Position numbers and translations under genes: made by a program. A stretch of DNA of 64,000 nucleotides from the NCBI GenBank assembly GCA_047516945.1, contig JAKZTU010000010.1, positions 5,782 to 69,781 of the forward strand, given 5' to 3'. The DNA comes from Acidimicrobiales bacterium (GTDB lineage Bacteria > Actinomycetota > Acidimicrobiia > Acidimicrobiales > Aldehydirespiratoraceae). Position 1 is the first letter of the stretch. Each line of letters begins with the position of its first letter. The notes below the pieces were generated by a model. That model did not search any database and was not told where the DNA came from. It worked only from the letters and a program-made list of their open reading frames with translations. Shown here piece after piece: positions 37,426 through 46,089 of this stretch.

Positions 37426-38433
37426 TCAATGGGCCAGCGTGGCGACGACGGGGGAGAAGGAGGTGATGGTTTCGGCTAGGCCCTCCGCGGCGGTGCGGCG
37501 GGCAGTGGCGGCAAGGTTGAGGCTGACGCTGGTGAAACCCATGTCGAGCACAGCCGCAAGCTGCTGCGCGCACTCGTCGGGGGTGCCGACGATGGTGAAA
37601 GCCTCCACTAGACGGTTGTCGATGAGTTGGTCGAGGGCATCGTCGTCGGTTCGGTTGTGGTCGAAGTACCAACCCTGGCTGCGCTCTAGAGCAGCCTCGA
37701 TAGCGGTCATGCGATCGGGGTCCACCTCCAGTTCAGCGGGGCGAATCAGGGTGAGGTAGTGAGCGACATAGCGTTTGACGCTGCGTCTGGCCAGATCGCC
37801 GTCAACAGAGCAGCACAGGGTCAGGCGGGGGGCCACCTCCAAGTCCTCAAGCGTGCGCCCCACACGTCCGGCACCCTCGGCCAGCCAAGATCGGTATTGC
37901 GTGGCCAGACCCGCGGAGAGATAACGCCCCCCGACCAAGGCGATGTCGGCCACTTCCCCGGCCAAGCGCATCACTTGAGGGCTGCGCGTGCCAATGGAGA
38001 TCGGTATCGGATGCGTTGGCGGACGGATCAGGCGCTCACCGCCCACTTCCCCGCCGCCTAACAACGTGCGGATCTCGGTAACGGCTTGGCGTAGCGCGGC
38101 AACCGGTTTCGGGTAGTCGATCCCCAATGGCTCCAAACCGGCCCCCACACCCAGCCCGCAGAATGCCCGACCACCAGCAAGGTCGTCGAGCGTTGCGAGC
38201 GCTCCGGCCAACACGACCGGGTGACGTGTGTAGGGGTTGGTGACCACGGCCCCCACCGCGATGCGGCGGGTGGCCTGAGCGCAAAGCGCTTGGACCATGA
38301 ATGAGTCGGGCCAAAACACCACATCGGAGATACCCAGCCTGGTGAAACCGGCTTCTTCGGCGAGTTCAGCCAACCGCACCGCAGCCGCGGTGTTCATCCC
38401 AGGGCTGATCTCTGCTTCGAGGACGACGCTCAT
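37426..38433 (-). CDS. LLM-class (luciferase-like) flavin/F420-dependent oxidoreductase
   Basis: 335 aa TIM-barrel style sequence, 'FTRLGISDVVFWPD', 'GLGVGAG', resembling Mer/LLM F420-dependent reductases. Confidence 0.6.
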   Translation of the reverse strand: MSVVLEAEISPGMNTAAAVRLAELAEEAGFTRLGISDVVFWPDSFMVQALCAQATRRIAVGAVVTNPYTRHPVVLAGALATLDDLAGGRAFCGLGVGAGLEPLGIDYPKPVAALRQAVTEIRTLLGGGEVGGERLIRPPTHPIPISIGTRSPQVMRLAGEVADIALVGGRYLSAGLATQYRSWLAEGAGRVGRTLEDLEVAPRLTLCCSVDGDLARRSVKRYVAHYLTLIRPAELEVDPDRMTAIEAALERSQGWYFDHNRTDDDALDQLIDNRLVEAFTIVGTPDECAQQLAAVLDMGFTSVSLNLAATARRTAAEGLAETITSFSPVVATLAH

Positions 38434-38564
38434 GATCGGCTCCCCGGAACGCGGGAATCAGCCTTCGGATTGGCTCTGCTGCTCAAGAATCGCCCCTCGG
38501 TGCAGTTACGCGGATTCTCAACAAGTGTAAACCGGAGCGCAGTTGAGGACAGGCTGGCCGGAAT

Positions 38565-40697
38565 TTATACAGCCAGGTTGTGAACCGGGCTTCGGTAGTC
38601 ATTAGTGACGGTCAACTGATCTGCAGTCAACTTGAGACTGACAACGAGTTCGTTCGCGACCCCTGGCACGATGGCCTTGACCCTGCCGATAAGCGAACAG
38701 TCGTCAGCAGGGATCGTCCCCCCCCAACTCTGCTCAGAAACGATCGCAGAGCCGCCACCAGTGATATTGGCCCGCACCGTCGCCCGCACCTGCGCCTCGC
38801 CGATAGGCGCGCGCTCATCAGACACAACATGCACAGCCAAGTTGATCTCTTCACCCGGCGATAGCAGAGCGGGCAGAGGGTCTGCCACGACGATGACTGG
38901 GCGACAGGCATCGATAAGGGCCTGCCAGCCTGGCTTGGCCCGCCGCTGGCGGTCGAGAACACCGAAACCACCGGCATCAGTGGCGTCAGCTAAGTAAAAC
39001 AGTGAGAACCCACCGGTCGGGTGGTATTTCAACCGGCGCAACAATTCGATTGAGGTCTTGATGACTTCGGCTTGAGCGAGACCGGTGCGTGCTGCCCAGT
39101 CCGCTGCGTCGCGTCCACGTTCAGGCGCTACGAGGTGCAACAGTGACTCGGTGGGGGCACCGATCGACGCGGCGATCTGTTCCCAGTCAAGCGAAGGCCA
39201 CTGAGAGTCATGGGGATGGGAATCTTGGAGATGCGGGTTCTGGGGTTCAACAGTGGCGGCTCCAAATGCGGTTACGAACCTGGCCATCCGTGGGATCCGG
39301 GCCGCGGCGGCGGCGAGATCAGATGCTCTGCCATGGTGCCAGCCGAACCAGAGATTGCTGGTAGTGCCGTCGAAGTCGGGAAAGGTCGGCGGCACTGCGG
39401 TGTGCGCCACCACCGGACGGGAACCATCGGTGCGAGTGAGCACTCGGCGTACCGAACGGTCCAGCACGGTGCGGTTCCATGAGGGCGTTTGTAGGCCCAA
39501 CAAAGGGGGTGTCGGCGCAGGTGTGTCTGGCTTCTTGAACGGTTCGTCATGGGCGCACCAAACGGCCAGCGATGGGTGATGACCCAATAGATCGACCGCC
39601 TCTCGGGCTTGCCGTGTTGCCTGGCCGCGAACGCCACGCGCCATCTGTCCCCTGAGAGGCAAGTCCTGCCACAGCAGCATGCCGACCTCGTCGGCTGTTT
39701 CGTATACCTCAGGGCGGGCAATGTGGGTGATCACACGAATCATGTCGAGACCAGCACGTTTGGCTGCAAGCACGTCGTCGGCTACCTCAGCAGCGCTGGC
39801 GTCGCCGGGTCGGGCTGACGTCGGAAGCATGCCGATGCCCTTGACAAAGAGTCGTTCGCCATTGACACGCAGAACCCAGTTGCGCATGCACACCGAACGA
39901 AAACCGACACGGGTCTCATGCGAGTCAGAGACCTCACCGTCGACGACCACCTCGCAGCGCAGGTCATGCAGTGGCGCTTTGCCCAGCGAGTGCGGCCACC
40001 ACAGTTCCGGTTCGGGCACATCGACTGTCCACTCGACCCGATTCTCACCGGCTGCGGCGGGATGCTCCAGTTCGTGCTCGTGGCCGCAGACTGTGGTTCG
40101 CAACACAACTGGTCCAGCGACCGGGGAATCGAACACGCAGCGCATGGCGAGGGTTGCGCTGGTTTTGTCGGCGTCTAGGCACACGGTGCGGGAGAAGAGG
40201 ATCGCCGTGCTCCCGGTTTCGCGAATGCGGACAGGCCGCCAAATGCCACCGGGGTTTTCTCCCGCAGCCCCAGAAAGTTCTGGGTCGATAAGTGCCCCCA
40301 TCAGAGATGTGCGAGCAGCGGCGCCCTTGTGGGGAGCACAAGTCACGTCGACAGCCAGCAGGTGATCACTGCGGTCCTTGAGGTGTTGGGTGATGTCGAA
40401 ACCGTGAGAAATGAAGTAACCGTCGGTGGTGCCCACGTAGCGACCGTTGAGCCAGACATCACCTTGTTGACAGACACCGTCGAGCCATAACCAACAGCGA
40501 CGTTCAACGTCTGGTGCTTTGAGCGCAAAGCGGGTTCGATGCAGCACCGAGTGGGCCTCAGCAAACTCCCGATGGCTAGACCAATGCCCGGGAACTGTGA
40601 TCTCTGACCAGGCACGATCATCGAGCTCGGGTTGATGAAACGTCCGACGCATCTCGTCGTTGGCGGTGGTGGCACGCCACTGGCCGGTCAATTCCAT
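38565..40697 (-). CDS. glycoside hydrolase family 2 protein (beta-mannosidase / exo-glucosaminidase-like)
   Basis: N-terminal sugar-binding pattern 'WLWLDGVCQQGDVWLNGRYVGTTDGYF'. 710 aa, GH2-like domain order. Confidence 0.6.
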   Translation of the reverse strand: MELTGQWRATTANDEMRRTFHQPELDDRAWSEITVPGHWSSHREFAEAHSVLHRTRFALKAPDVERRCWLWLDGVCQQGDVWLNGRYVGTTDGYFISHGFDITQHLKDRSDHLLAVDVTCAPHKGAAARTSLMGALIDPELSGAAGENPGGIWRPVRIRETGSTAILFSRTVCLDADKTSATLAMRCVFDSPVAGPVVLRTTVCGHEHELEHPAAAGENRVEWTVDVPEPELWWPHSLGKAPLHDLRCEVVVDGEVSDSHETRVGFRSVCMRNWVLRVNGERLFVKGIGMLPTSARPGDASAAEVADDVLAAKRAGLDMIRVITHIARPEVYETADEVGMLLWQDLPLRGQMARGVRGQATRQAREAVDLLGHHPSLAVWCAHDEPFKKPDTPAPTPPLLGLQTPSWNRTVLDRSVRRVLTRTDGSRPVVAHTAVPPTFPDFDGTTSNLWFGWHHGRASDLAAAAARIPRMARFVTAFGAATVEPQNPHLQDSHPHDSQWPSLDWEQIAASIGAPTESLLHLVAPERGRDAADWAARTGLAQAEVIKTSIELLRRLKYHPTGGFSLFYLADATDAGGFGVLDRQRRAKPGWQALIDACRPVIVVADPLPALLSPGEEINLAVHVVSDERAPIGEAQVRATVRANITGGGSAIVSEQSWGGTIPADDCSLIGRVKAIVPGVANELVVSLKLTADQLTVTNDYRSPVHNLAV

Positions 40698-40788
40698 CTT
40701 GTCGAGCGTACCCCTAGGGCGTTCTGGCGGTGCCGTGCGCCGGTTGCCGACTCATGGCACCGCCAGAACGCCGGTGTACAGTTCGGGG

Positions 40789-42201
40789 ATGTCGAGACCA
40801 GAGACCATAGGGGCGCTTCGTAAGAGCGGGTGGGAGTCGATCCCTGTCCGTCAAGAACTACGAAACAACACCATCGAGCGCATACGCAGCGCCGAGCCGC
40901 TGTTCAGCGAGGTGATCGGTTATGACAACACCGTCAACCCCCAGCTTTCCAACGCCTTGATAGCTGGTCATGACATCATCTTTCTGGGTGAACGGGGGCA
41001 GGCCAAGACCCGCTTGATTCGCGGCCTCACCAACCTGCTCGATGAATGGATGCCGATTGTTGCGGGTTCGGAAATCAACGATGACCCCTACAAGCCAATC
41101 TCCCGCTACGCCCGCGACCTGATCGCAGAGCACGGCGACGACACACCGATTTCATGGGTGCACCGCGATGATCGCTTGGGCGAGAAGCTGGCCACCCCAG
41201 ACACTTCGATCGCTGATCTGATCGGCGAGGTCGACCCCATCCGGGTGGCGGAAGGCCGCTATCTCTCCGATGAACTCACAATCCACTACGGCCTGGTGCC
41301 GCGCACCAACCGTGGCATCTTCGCTATGAACGAACTGCCCGACCTAGCGGAGCGCATTCAAGTCGGTTTGCTCAACGTGTTGGAAGAACGTGACGTACAG
41401 ATCCGCGGTCACAAAGTCAGGCTGCCGCTTGATGTCGTGCTGGTGGCGTCAGCGAATCCAGAGGATTACACCAATCGGGGTCGGATCATTACCCCGCTCA
41501 AAGACCGTTTCGGCTCACAGATTCGCACCCATTATCCCCTTGATGTTGTCACTGAGATGGCGATTGTTGAACAGGAGGCCGATATCGCCTTCGCCGATGG
41601 GATTGAGGTCTCGGTCCCGTCGTTTATGAGTGAGATCGTGGCGACCCTTACTCACACGGCTCGAGCCAGCCAGCACATCTCGCAACGTTCGGGTGTGTCG
41701 GTTCGTCTGTCAATTGCCAACGAAGAAATCATGGTCGCCAACGCGGTGAGACGCACCTTGCGTGCAGGCGGCAGCCATGTCGTGCCGCGAATTGTCGATC
41801 TTGAAGCGTTGCCCGCGTCGACTTCGGGAAAAGTTGAGATGGAAACTCTCGATGAGGGACGCGACGGCGAGATCCTCAACAATCTGGTGCGCGCCGCGGT
41901 GCTCGCTGTGTTCAGGGAGCGAGTGCCGCCGGACACGCATCTCGCGGTGGTTGAGGCGTTTGAGGGCGACCTTGTCGTCGACACCGGCGAAGATGTCACC
42001 GACGAGGCATACGCGGCGATGCTTGAGCAGATTCCGGCATTTATTCCTCCGGTACAGGCGCTGTTGTCTGACGAAGATCAAGCTGAATCGCCGGCTGTGG
42101 TGGCCAGCGCCACCGAGTTGATTCTCGAAGGTCTCCACCTCATGAAGCGTCTCAACAAAGACGGCTACGGCACCAAATCCCAATTCCGCAGCCGCGGCTG
42201 A
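40789..42201 (+). CDS. AAA+ ATPase of the Mg-chelatase ChlI/BchI-like (MoxR-related) type
   Basis: Walker A variant 'GERGQAKT', Walker B 'GIFAMNELPDL', 'LLNVLEERDVQIRG', 'LVASANPEDY'. ATG 40789, since the track start overlaps the GH2 gene. Confidence 0.7.
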   Translation: MSRPETIGALRKSGWESIPVRQELRNNTIERIRSAEPLFSEVIGYDNTVNPQLSNALIAGHDIIFLGERGQAKTRLIRGLTNLLDEWMPIVAGSEINDDPYKPISRYARDLIAEHGDDTPISWVHRDDRLGEKLATPDTSIADLIGEVDPIRVAEGRYLSDELTIHYGLVPRTNRGIFAMNELPDLAERIQVGLLNVLEERDVQIRGHKVRLPLDVVLVASANPEDYTNRGRIITPLKDRFGSQIRTHYPLDVVTEMAIVEQEADIAFADGIEVSVPSFMSEIVATLTHTARASQHISQRSGVSVRLSIANEEIMVANAVRRTLRAGGSHVVPRIVDLEALPASTSGKVEMETLDEGRDGEILNNLVRAAVLAVFRERVPPDTHLAVVEAFEGDLVVDTGEDVTDEAYAAMLEQIPAFIPPVQALLSDEDQAESPAVVASATELILEGLHLMKRLNKDGYGTKSQFRSRG

Positions 42202-42225
42202 GCTGTTCACTGGAAGAGTTCGGTT

Positions 42226-42942
42226 GTGGCCGATGACGAAGTGTCTGCGGGTTTGCAGCGACGGGCTGACGGAATACTGGCTTGTTGGTGGGGTGAAGGC
42301 CACGACGACTACTCGGCGTATCACGACCGAGAGTGGGGCGTGCCGGTCCTCGATGATGTGCGGCTGTACGAGAAGATGTGTCTCGAAGGCTTCCAATCGG
42401 GCCTTTCCTGGTTGACGATTCTCCGCAAACGAGAGAATTTCCGTGCCGCTTTCTGTGGCTTCGACTTCGAGCAGGTTGCCGGTTTTGATGCTGCGGATGT
42501 GGACCGGTTGCTCGGCGATGCAGGCATCGTTCGTCACCGGGGCAAGATCGAAGCGACGATCAACAACGCCCGCGCGGCCATCGACACTGTGGAGGCGCAT
42601 GGCAGCCTGGCCGGGTTTTTCTGGAGTTTCGAACCCGATCCGACTGCCCGCCCAGCGCGGATAGATCACGCCACAGTGGCGGCCATGGCGACAACCGCCG
42701 AGTCAACGGCGATGAGCAAGGCGCTCAAGAAGCTCGGCTGGCGCTTTGTCGGACCCACCACCTGCTACGCCTTGATGCAAGCGGCAGGCATTGTCAACGA
42801 TCATCTTCATGGTTGTCACCGTCGCCAAACGATCGAAGAAATGCGGTCGCTAGTCGAGCGTGGCGACTTGGCTCAAGGGCACGACTTGGGACTCAGCCGT
42901 GGGCACCGGGGCGTTGGAGCGGAACCAGCGCAGGCTCAGTGA
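42226..42942 (+). CDS. tag: DNA-3-methyladenine glycosylase I with ~40-aa C-terminal extension
   Basis: 'YHDREWGVPV', 'LEGFQSGLSWLTILRKRENFR', 'IVNDHLHGC'. Confidence 0.85.
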   Translation: MADDEVSAGLQRRADGILACWWGEGHDDYSAYHDREWGVPVLDDVRLYEKMCLEGFQSGLSWLTILRKRENFRAAFCGFDFEQVAGFDAADVDRLLGDAGIVRHRGKIEATINNARAAIDTVEAHGSLAGFFWSFEPDPTARPARIDHATVAAMATTAESTAMSKALKKLGWRFVGPTTCYALMQAAGIVNDHLHGCHRRQTIEEMRSLVERGDLAQGHDLGLSRGHRGVGAEPAQAQ

Positions 42943-43135
42943 TCCCTCGGGATTGTCCGCTCCGCTCGAGGCAGCGTTCCAATGCGAACGTGAGGTATCG
43001 GCTCAGCGTTCGAATTCCCTCGGCCCGGACGTTCGGATGATCGGGTACACCGGGTGCGAGCACCATTTCTCCGGCGTCCGCCATGGCCTCACAAAATTCA
43101 CGCCAAGCGGCTACAGATAGATCTTCGCCGGTCAC
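42893..43135 (-). pseudogene. 80-aa fragment, apparently the N-terminal stub of a longer conserved protein (possibly DUF1214-type)
   Basis: GTGA-coupled to the phosphotransferase stop. 'AAWREFCEAMADAGEMVLAPG..PNVRAEGIRTLSRYLTFALERCLE' reads like a genuine N-terminus and then degenerates. It overlaps the tag 3' end by 50 nt. Confidence 0.4.
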
Positions 43136-44499
43136 TTCACGCCTCTAGAATCGCCAGAAAACGTTTGGATCTGGTGATGGTGAGTCATTGCGGAGCCCGG
43201 GGGTCCCAACAGCATGTGGGCGCGCAGATTGCGGCGATGAAACAACTTCACTAACTCCTCGTCGTGGACGCTGGTGTCGGCGTTGGCGAGCACGAAGCGT
43301 TCGAGCTCTGCCTCACCTTCTTGCCAATCGGCGGGTTTGTGTCCGACGAGGCGGTGAACATCGTCGAGGTTGGCTTGCGCGGTGGCGTCGCCGATCTCGT
43401 CGATGCGCGCGAGGTGACGGGCCAGCCGGAAAGCAGTGCGAATTCGGTGTCGTTGCACCTCATCATCGATCTGTTGCGAGCGAAGCATGCCCACGAGGTG
43501 TTGATGGCCTGCGGACGCCTGTGAGTCACTTGGCTCGGGCGTCTCAACTTGAGGCAGTTCGATCTCTAGTATCTCGGCGAGTGCTTCGGTGGCGAAGAGG
43601 TTGGTTTCGTTACACCATTGCAGGTTGGTCATGAGATCCGAGTGGGCTGGCGGCTCTTTGATAGCGGCGATGAAAGCCAGTTGGTTGGTGAGTGTGAACA
43701 CAAAATGGTGGTGCTGAATGGCCTCAATATCGATTGGTTCGCCTCGCAACTCCTCGTAGCGGGCATACAGCGTAGCCATGTCGCCGTAGCCGACGATGGT
43801 GTCGCGCATCCGCCAGGCGGCGAGGTCCATCATGGGGTCGCCAATGTGACCGAGTTCAAGGTCGAGCAGGGCCACGATCTTGCCGTCCGCATGGTGAAAC
43901 TGACCCGAATCCCACACTATGGGAGCTTCACGCCCCTTGGAGTCGGGCGGGTTGCGGCGGAGCCAACCAAGACAGAACTCCAGAAAAGGATCTGGGTGTA
44001 CGTTCTGAGATCTGTAGACCTCTTCGTAGCGGGCCAGGCCGACGGTTCCTGATGCAGAAGGGTCGTGTGCTCGGGTGATTCTGGCGGCGGCGAAGGGTTC
44101 TGGATCGAGCGCGTGGAGTCGGGCGAGATGGCCGAGGTAGTCGTCGACTGCTGCTGCTCGTTCGTCGTCGGGGGTGTCACCGAAGTGTTCCTGGCCCCTG
44201 ACCCGGTCCATTACGTAGGCGTAGGGAGAATCGATCATTCCGTGGACCGCGGCGACGGGAATGCCGCGCTCCTCCAGTAAGGACTGGAAGCGCATTTCGT
44301 GCTCAAGCGGGAAGATCAATGCCATGTCGGAGCGCTCGGCCCTCACGCACAGTGCCAGGGTCTCGCCATCACGCTCAAGGTCGGCAAACCACACCGGCCG
44401 CCAGCGAGGCTGTTGTTTGTTGGCTACAACTCTGCCGCCAAACTCACGCTCAAGCCATGCGCTGATCTGCCCGGTGTGTTCAGGCGCAGGAACATACAT
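43132..44499 (-). CDS. phosphotransferase (APH / choline-kinase fold) family protein
   Basis: 'FHHADGKIVALLDLELGHIGDPMMDLA' (kinase catalytic / DxD-like region). I prefer ATG 44499 (MYVPAPEH..). Confidence 0.65.
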   Translation of the reverse strand: MYVPAPEHTGQISAWLEREFGGRVVANKQQPRWRPVWFADLERDGETLALCVRAERSDMALIFPLEHEMRFQSLLEERGIPVAAVHGMIDSPYAYVMDRVRGQEHFGDTPDDERAAAVDDYLGHLARLHALDPEPFAAARITRAHDPSASGTVGLARYEEVYRSQNVHPDPFLEFCLGWLRRNPPDSKGREAPIVWDSGQFHHADGKIVALLDLELGHIGDPMMDLAAWRMRDTIVGYGDMATLYARYEELRGEPIDIEAIQHHHFVFTLTNQLAFIAAIKEPPAHSDLMTNLQWCNETNLFATEALAEILEIELPQVETPEPSDSQASAGHQHLVGMLRSQQIDDEVQRHRIRTAFRLARHLARIDEIGDATAQANLDDVHRLVGHKPADWQEGEAELERFVLANADTSVHDEELVKLFHRRNLRAHMLLGPPGSAMTHHHQIQTFSGDSRGVK

Positions 44500-44522
44500 C
44501 GCCCAGACGCTACATGAGTCGC

Positions 44523-45362
44523 CTAGCGGGGAGTAAAGACGCCGACGTCGAAGACAACCCGGTCGCCGACCCGGGTCTGGAACAGGGTCCGACCGTTCAC
44601 ATCCCACATGTGGACATCGAGACGCTCGCCGGGTATGACCGGGGACTTGAAGCGCCCGCCCATCGATCCGAAGCGGCTGGTGCCGCCCCCACAGCGTCCG
44701 TGTAGCAACGCCCTCCCGGTGAAACCAAAGGTACAGAGGCCATGCAGGATCGGCTTGTCAAATCCCGCCATACCAGCGAACGAGGGATCACTGTGAAGCG
44801 GGTTGCGATCGCCGTTGAGGCGATACAACAGAGCTTGATCAGTGCGGGTGTCGTAACCGACCACGGTGTCGGCATCGCGTTCGGGCAACGCCCAGTTGCT
44901 GGCCGGACCTCGGTCACCACCCCATCCGCCTTCACCGGAGATGAACAACCCCGATCGGCTGGTCCAAAGTGGCGCTCCAGAGGTATCGGTAACGGTGGTT
45001 TCGAGGCGCACCAAAGCGGCTTTGCCTTTGTCGTAGATGGCTGCCACCTTGCCGGTGCCGATGGCCGAGCCTGCTGCTGGCAGGGTTTGGTGCAGCTCGA
45101 TTTCTTGTTCGCCGTGTAGCAGCGCCTCGAGGTTGTAGTCACCGAATTTGGGCATCTTACCAGCGCCCATGACCACGACCTGGGTGGGAAGCGCGGTTTG
45201 TGGCGTGTCCTTGGTGTTTTCGGTGGTGAATTCCAACTCAAAGCCGGTCGGGTCGGTCATGCCCGCGCCGACCCCGAGGGCGTAGAGCAGGCTGTCGCTT
45301 GATGACCAGGTGAGGCCTGCTGGTTCGCTGGTGTTGCCGACGGCTTCGGGGTTGATGGGCAT
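44523..45362 (-). CDS. MaoC-like (double hot-dog) dehydratase
   Basis: 279 aa, 'RLNGDRNPLHSDPSFA', 'ILHGLCTFG'. Confidence 0.7.
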   Translation of the reverse strand: MPINPEAVGNTSEPAGLTWSSSDSLLYALGVGAGMTDPTGFELEFTTENTKDTPQTALPTQVVVMGAGKMPKFGDYNLEALLHGEQEIELHQTLPAAGSAIGTGKVAAIYDKGKAALVRLETTVTDTSGAPLWTSRSGLFISGEGGWGGDRGPASNWALPERDADTVVGYDTRTDQALLYRLNGDRNPLHSDPSFAGMAGFDKPILHGLCTFGFTGRALLHGRCGGGTSRFGSMGGRFKSPVIPGERLDVHMWDVNGRTLFQTRVGDRVVFDVGVFTPR

Positions 45363-45376
45363 TGCTATTTCTCCTG

Positions 45377-46000
45377 TTACTGGGGTTGTTCAATGGGCGC
45401 TTGAAGCGTTGCCATTGCAATGGTTGTTAGTCGGTTTTGGGTCCGCTGATCGACTCGAGCGTTGGTAGCTACCGATGTGATCATGCCGATAGTTGCTGTG
45501 ACCAGCAGGTTGGCTTGTTCGTTGGTTAGCTCCGGCCGGACCGAGCGCAATACGGCAGTCCAGTCGTTGATCCAGGCTCGTAGTCGTTTCGACATGGGGG
45601 AGCGGCGCTGTGCCGAGAGGTGGCGGGCTTCGCTGGTCCACACTGCGATGAGCGCCGAACGACGCAAGGCGGTGCGTACGTAGGCGCTGACATAGCGCTC
45701 AAGCAACGGTTCATCGGCGGAAACTTGTGTGGCCTGGATTGCTTCGTGAACTTCGTCTGCAGCGAGGATCATTGCCTCAATCAGGATCTCTTCCTTGGAT
45801 GAGAAATGGCGGTAAATGGCGGGTCCGCTCACATCAACCGCACTACCGATGTCATCGACGCTGGTTGCCGGATAGCCCCTTTCATGAAAGAGCTTTATCG
45901 CCGCCTCGAGTATCAGCGCCCTGCGGTTGGGGGGTCGACGGTTCGGTTCGTCGGCAGGCGTTGGCGATTCTTCTGTTTCAGCGACAGTTCCCTCACTCAT
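45377..46000 (-). CDS. TetR-family transcriptional regulator
   Basis: HTH 'ILEAAIKLFHERGYPATSVDDIGSAVDVSGPAIYRHFSSKEEIL'. Confidence 0.88.
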   Translation of the reverse strand: MSEGTVAETEESPTPADEPNRRPPNRRALILEAAIKLFHERGYPATSVDDIGSAVDVSGPAIYRHFSSKEEILIEAMILAADEVHEAIQATQVSADEPLLERYVSAYVRTALRRSALIAVWTSEARHLSAQRRSPMSKRLRAWINDWTAVLRSVRPELTNEQANLLVTATIGMITSVATNARVDQRTQNRLTTIAMATLQAPIEQPQ

Positions 46001-46089
46001 TGTTAGCCAACGTTAACAAGATCACCAGACGTAGCGAACAGGGAGCGGCGTCTAGGTGTCGGGGTAGTCCGACGGGTTAGGGTTTCGCC

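Noticed and set aside
46001-46030. Possible TetR operator around ..ccAACGTTaac.. at the tetR start.
   Set aside because: Only a 6-bp core palindrome (AACGTT) with poor flanking symmetry. It is not distinguishable from chance.
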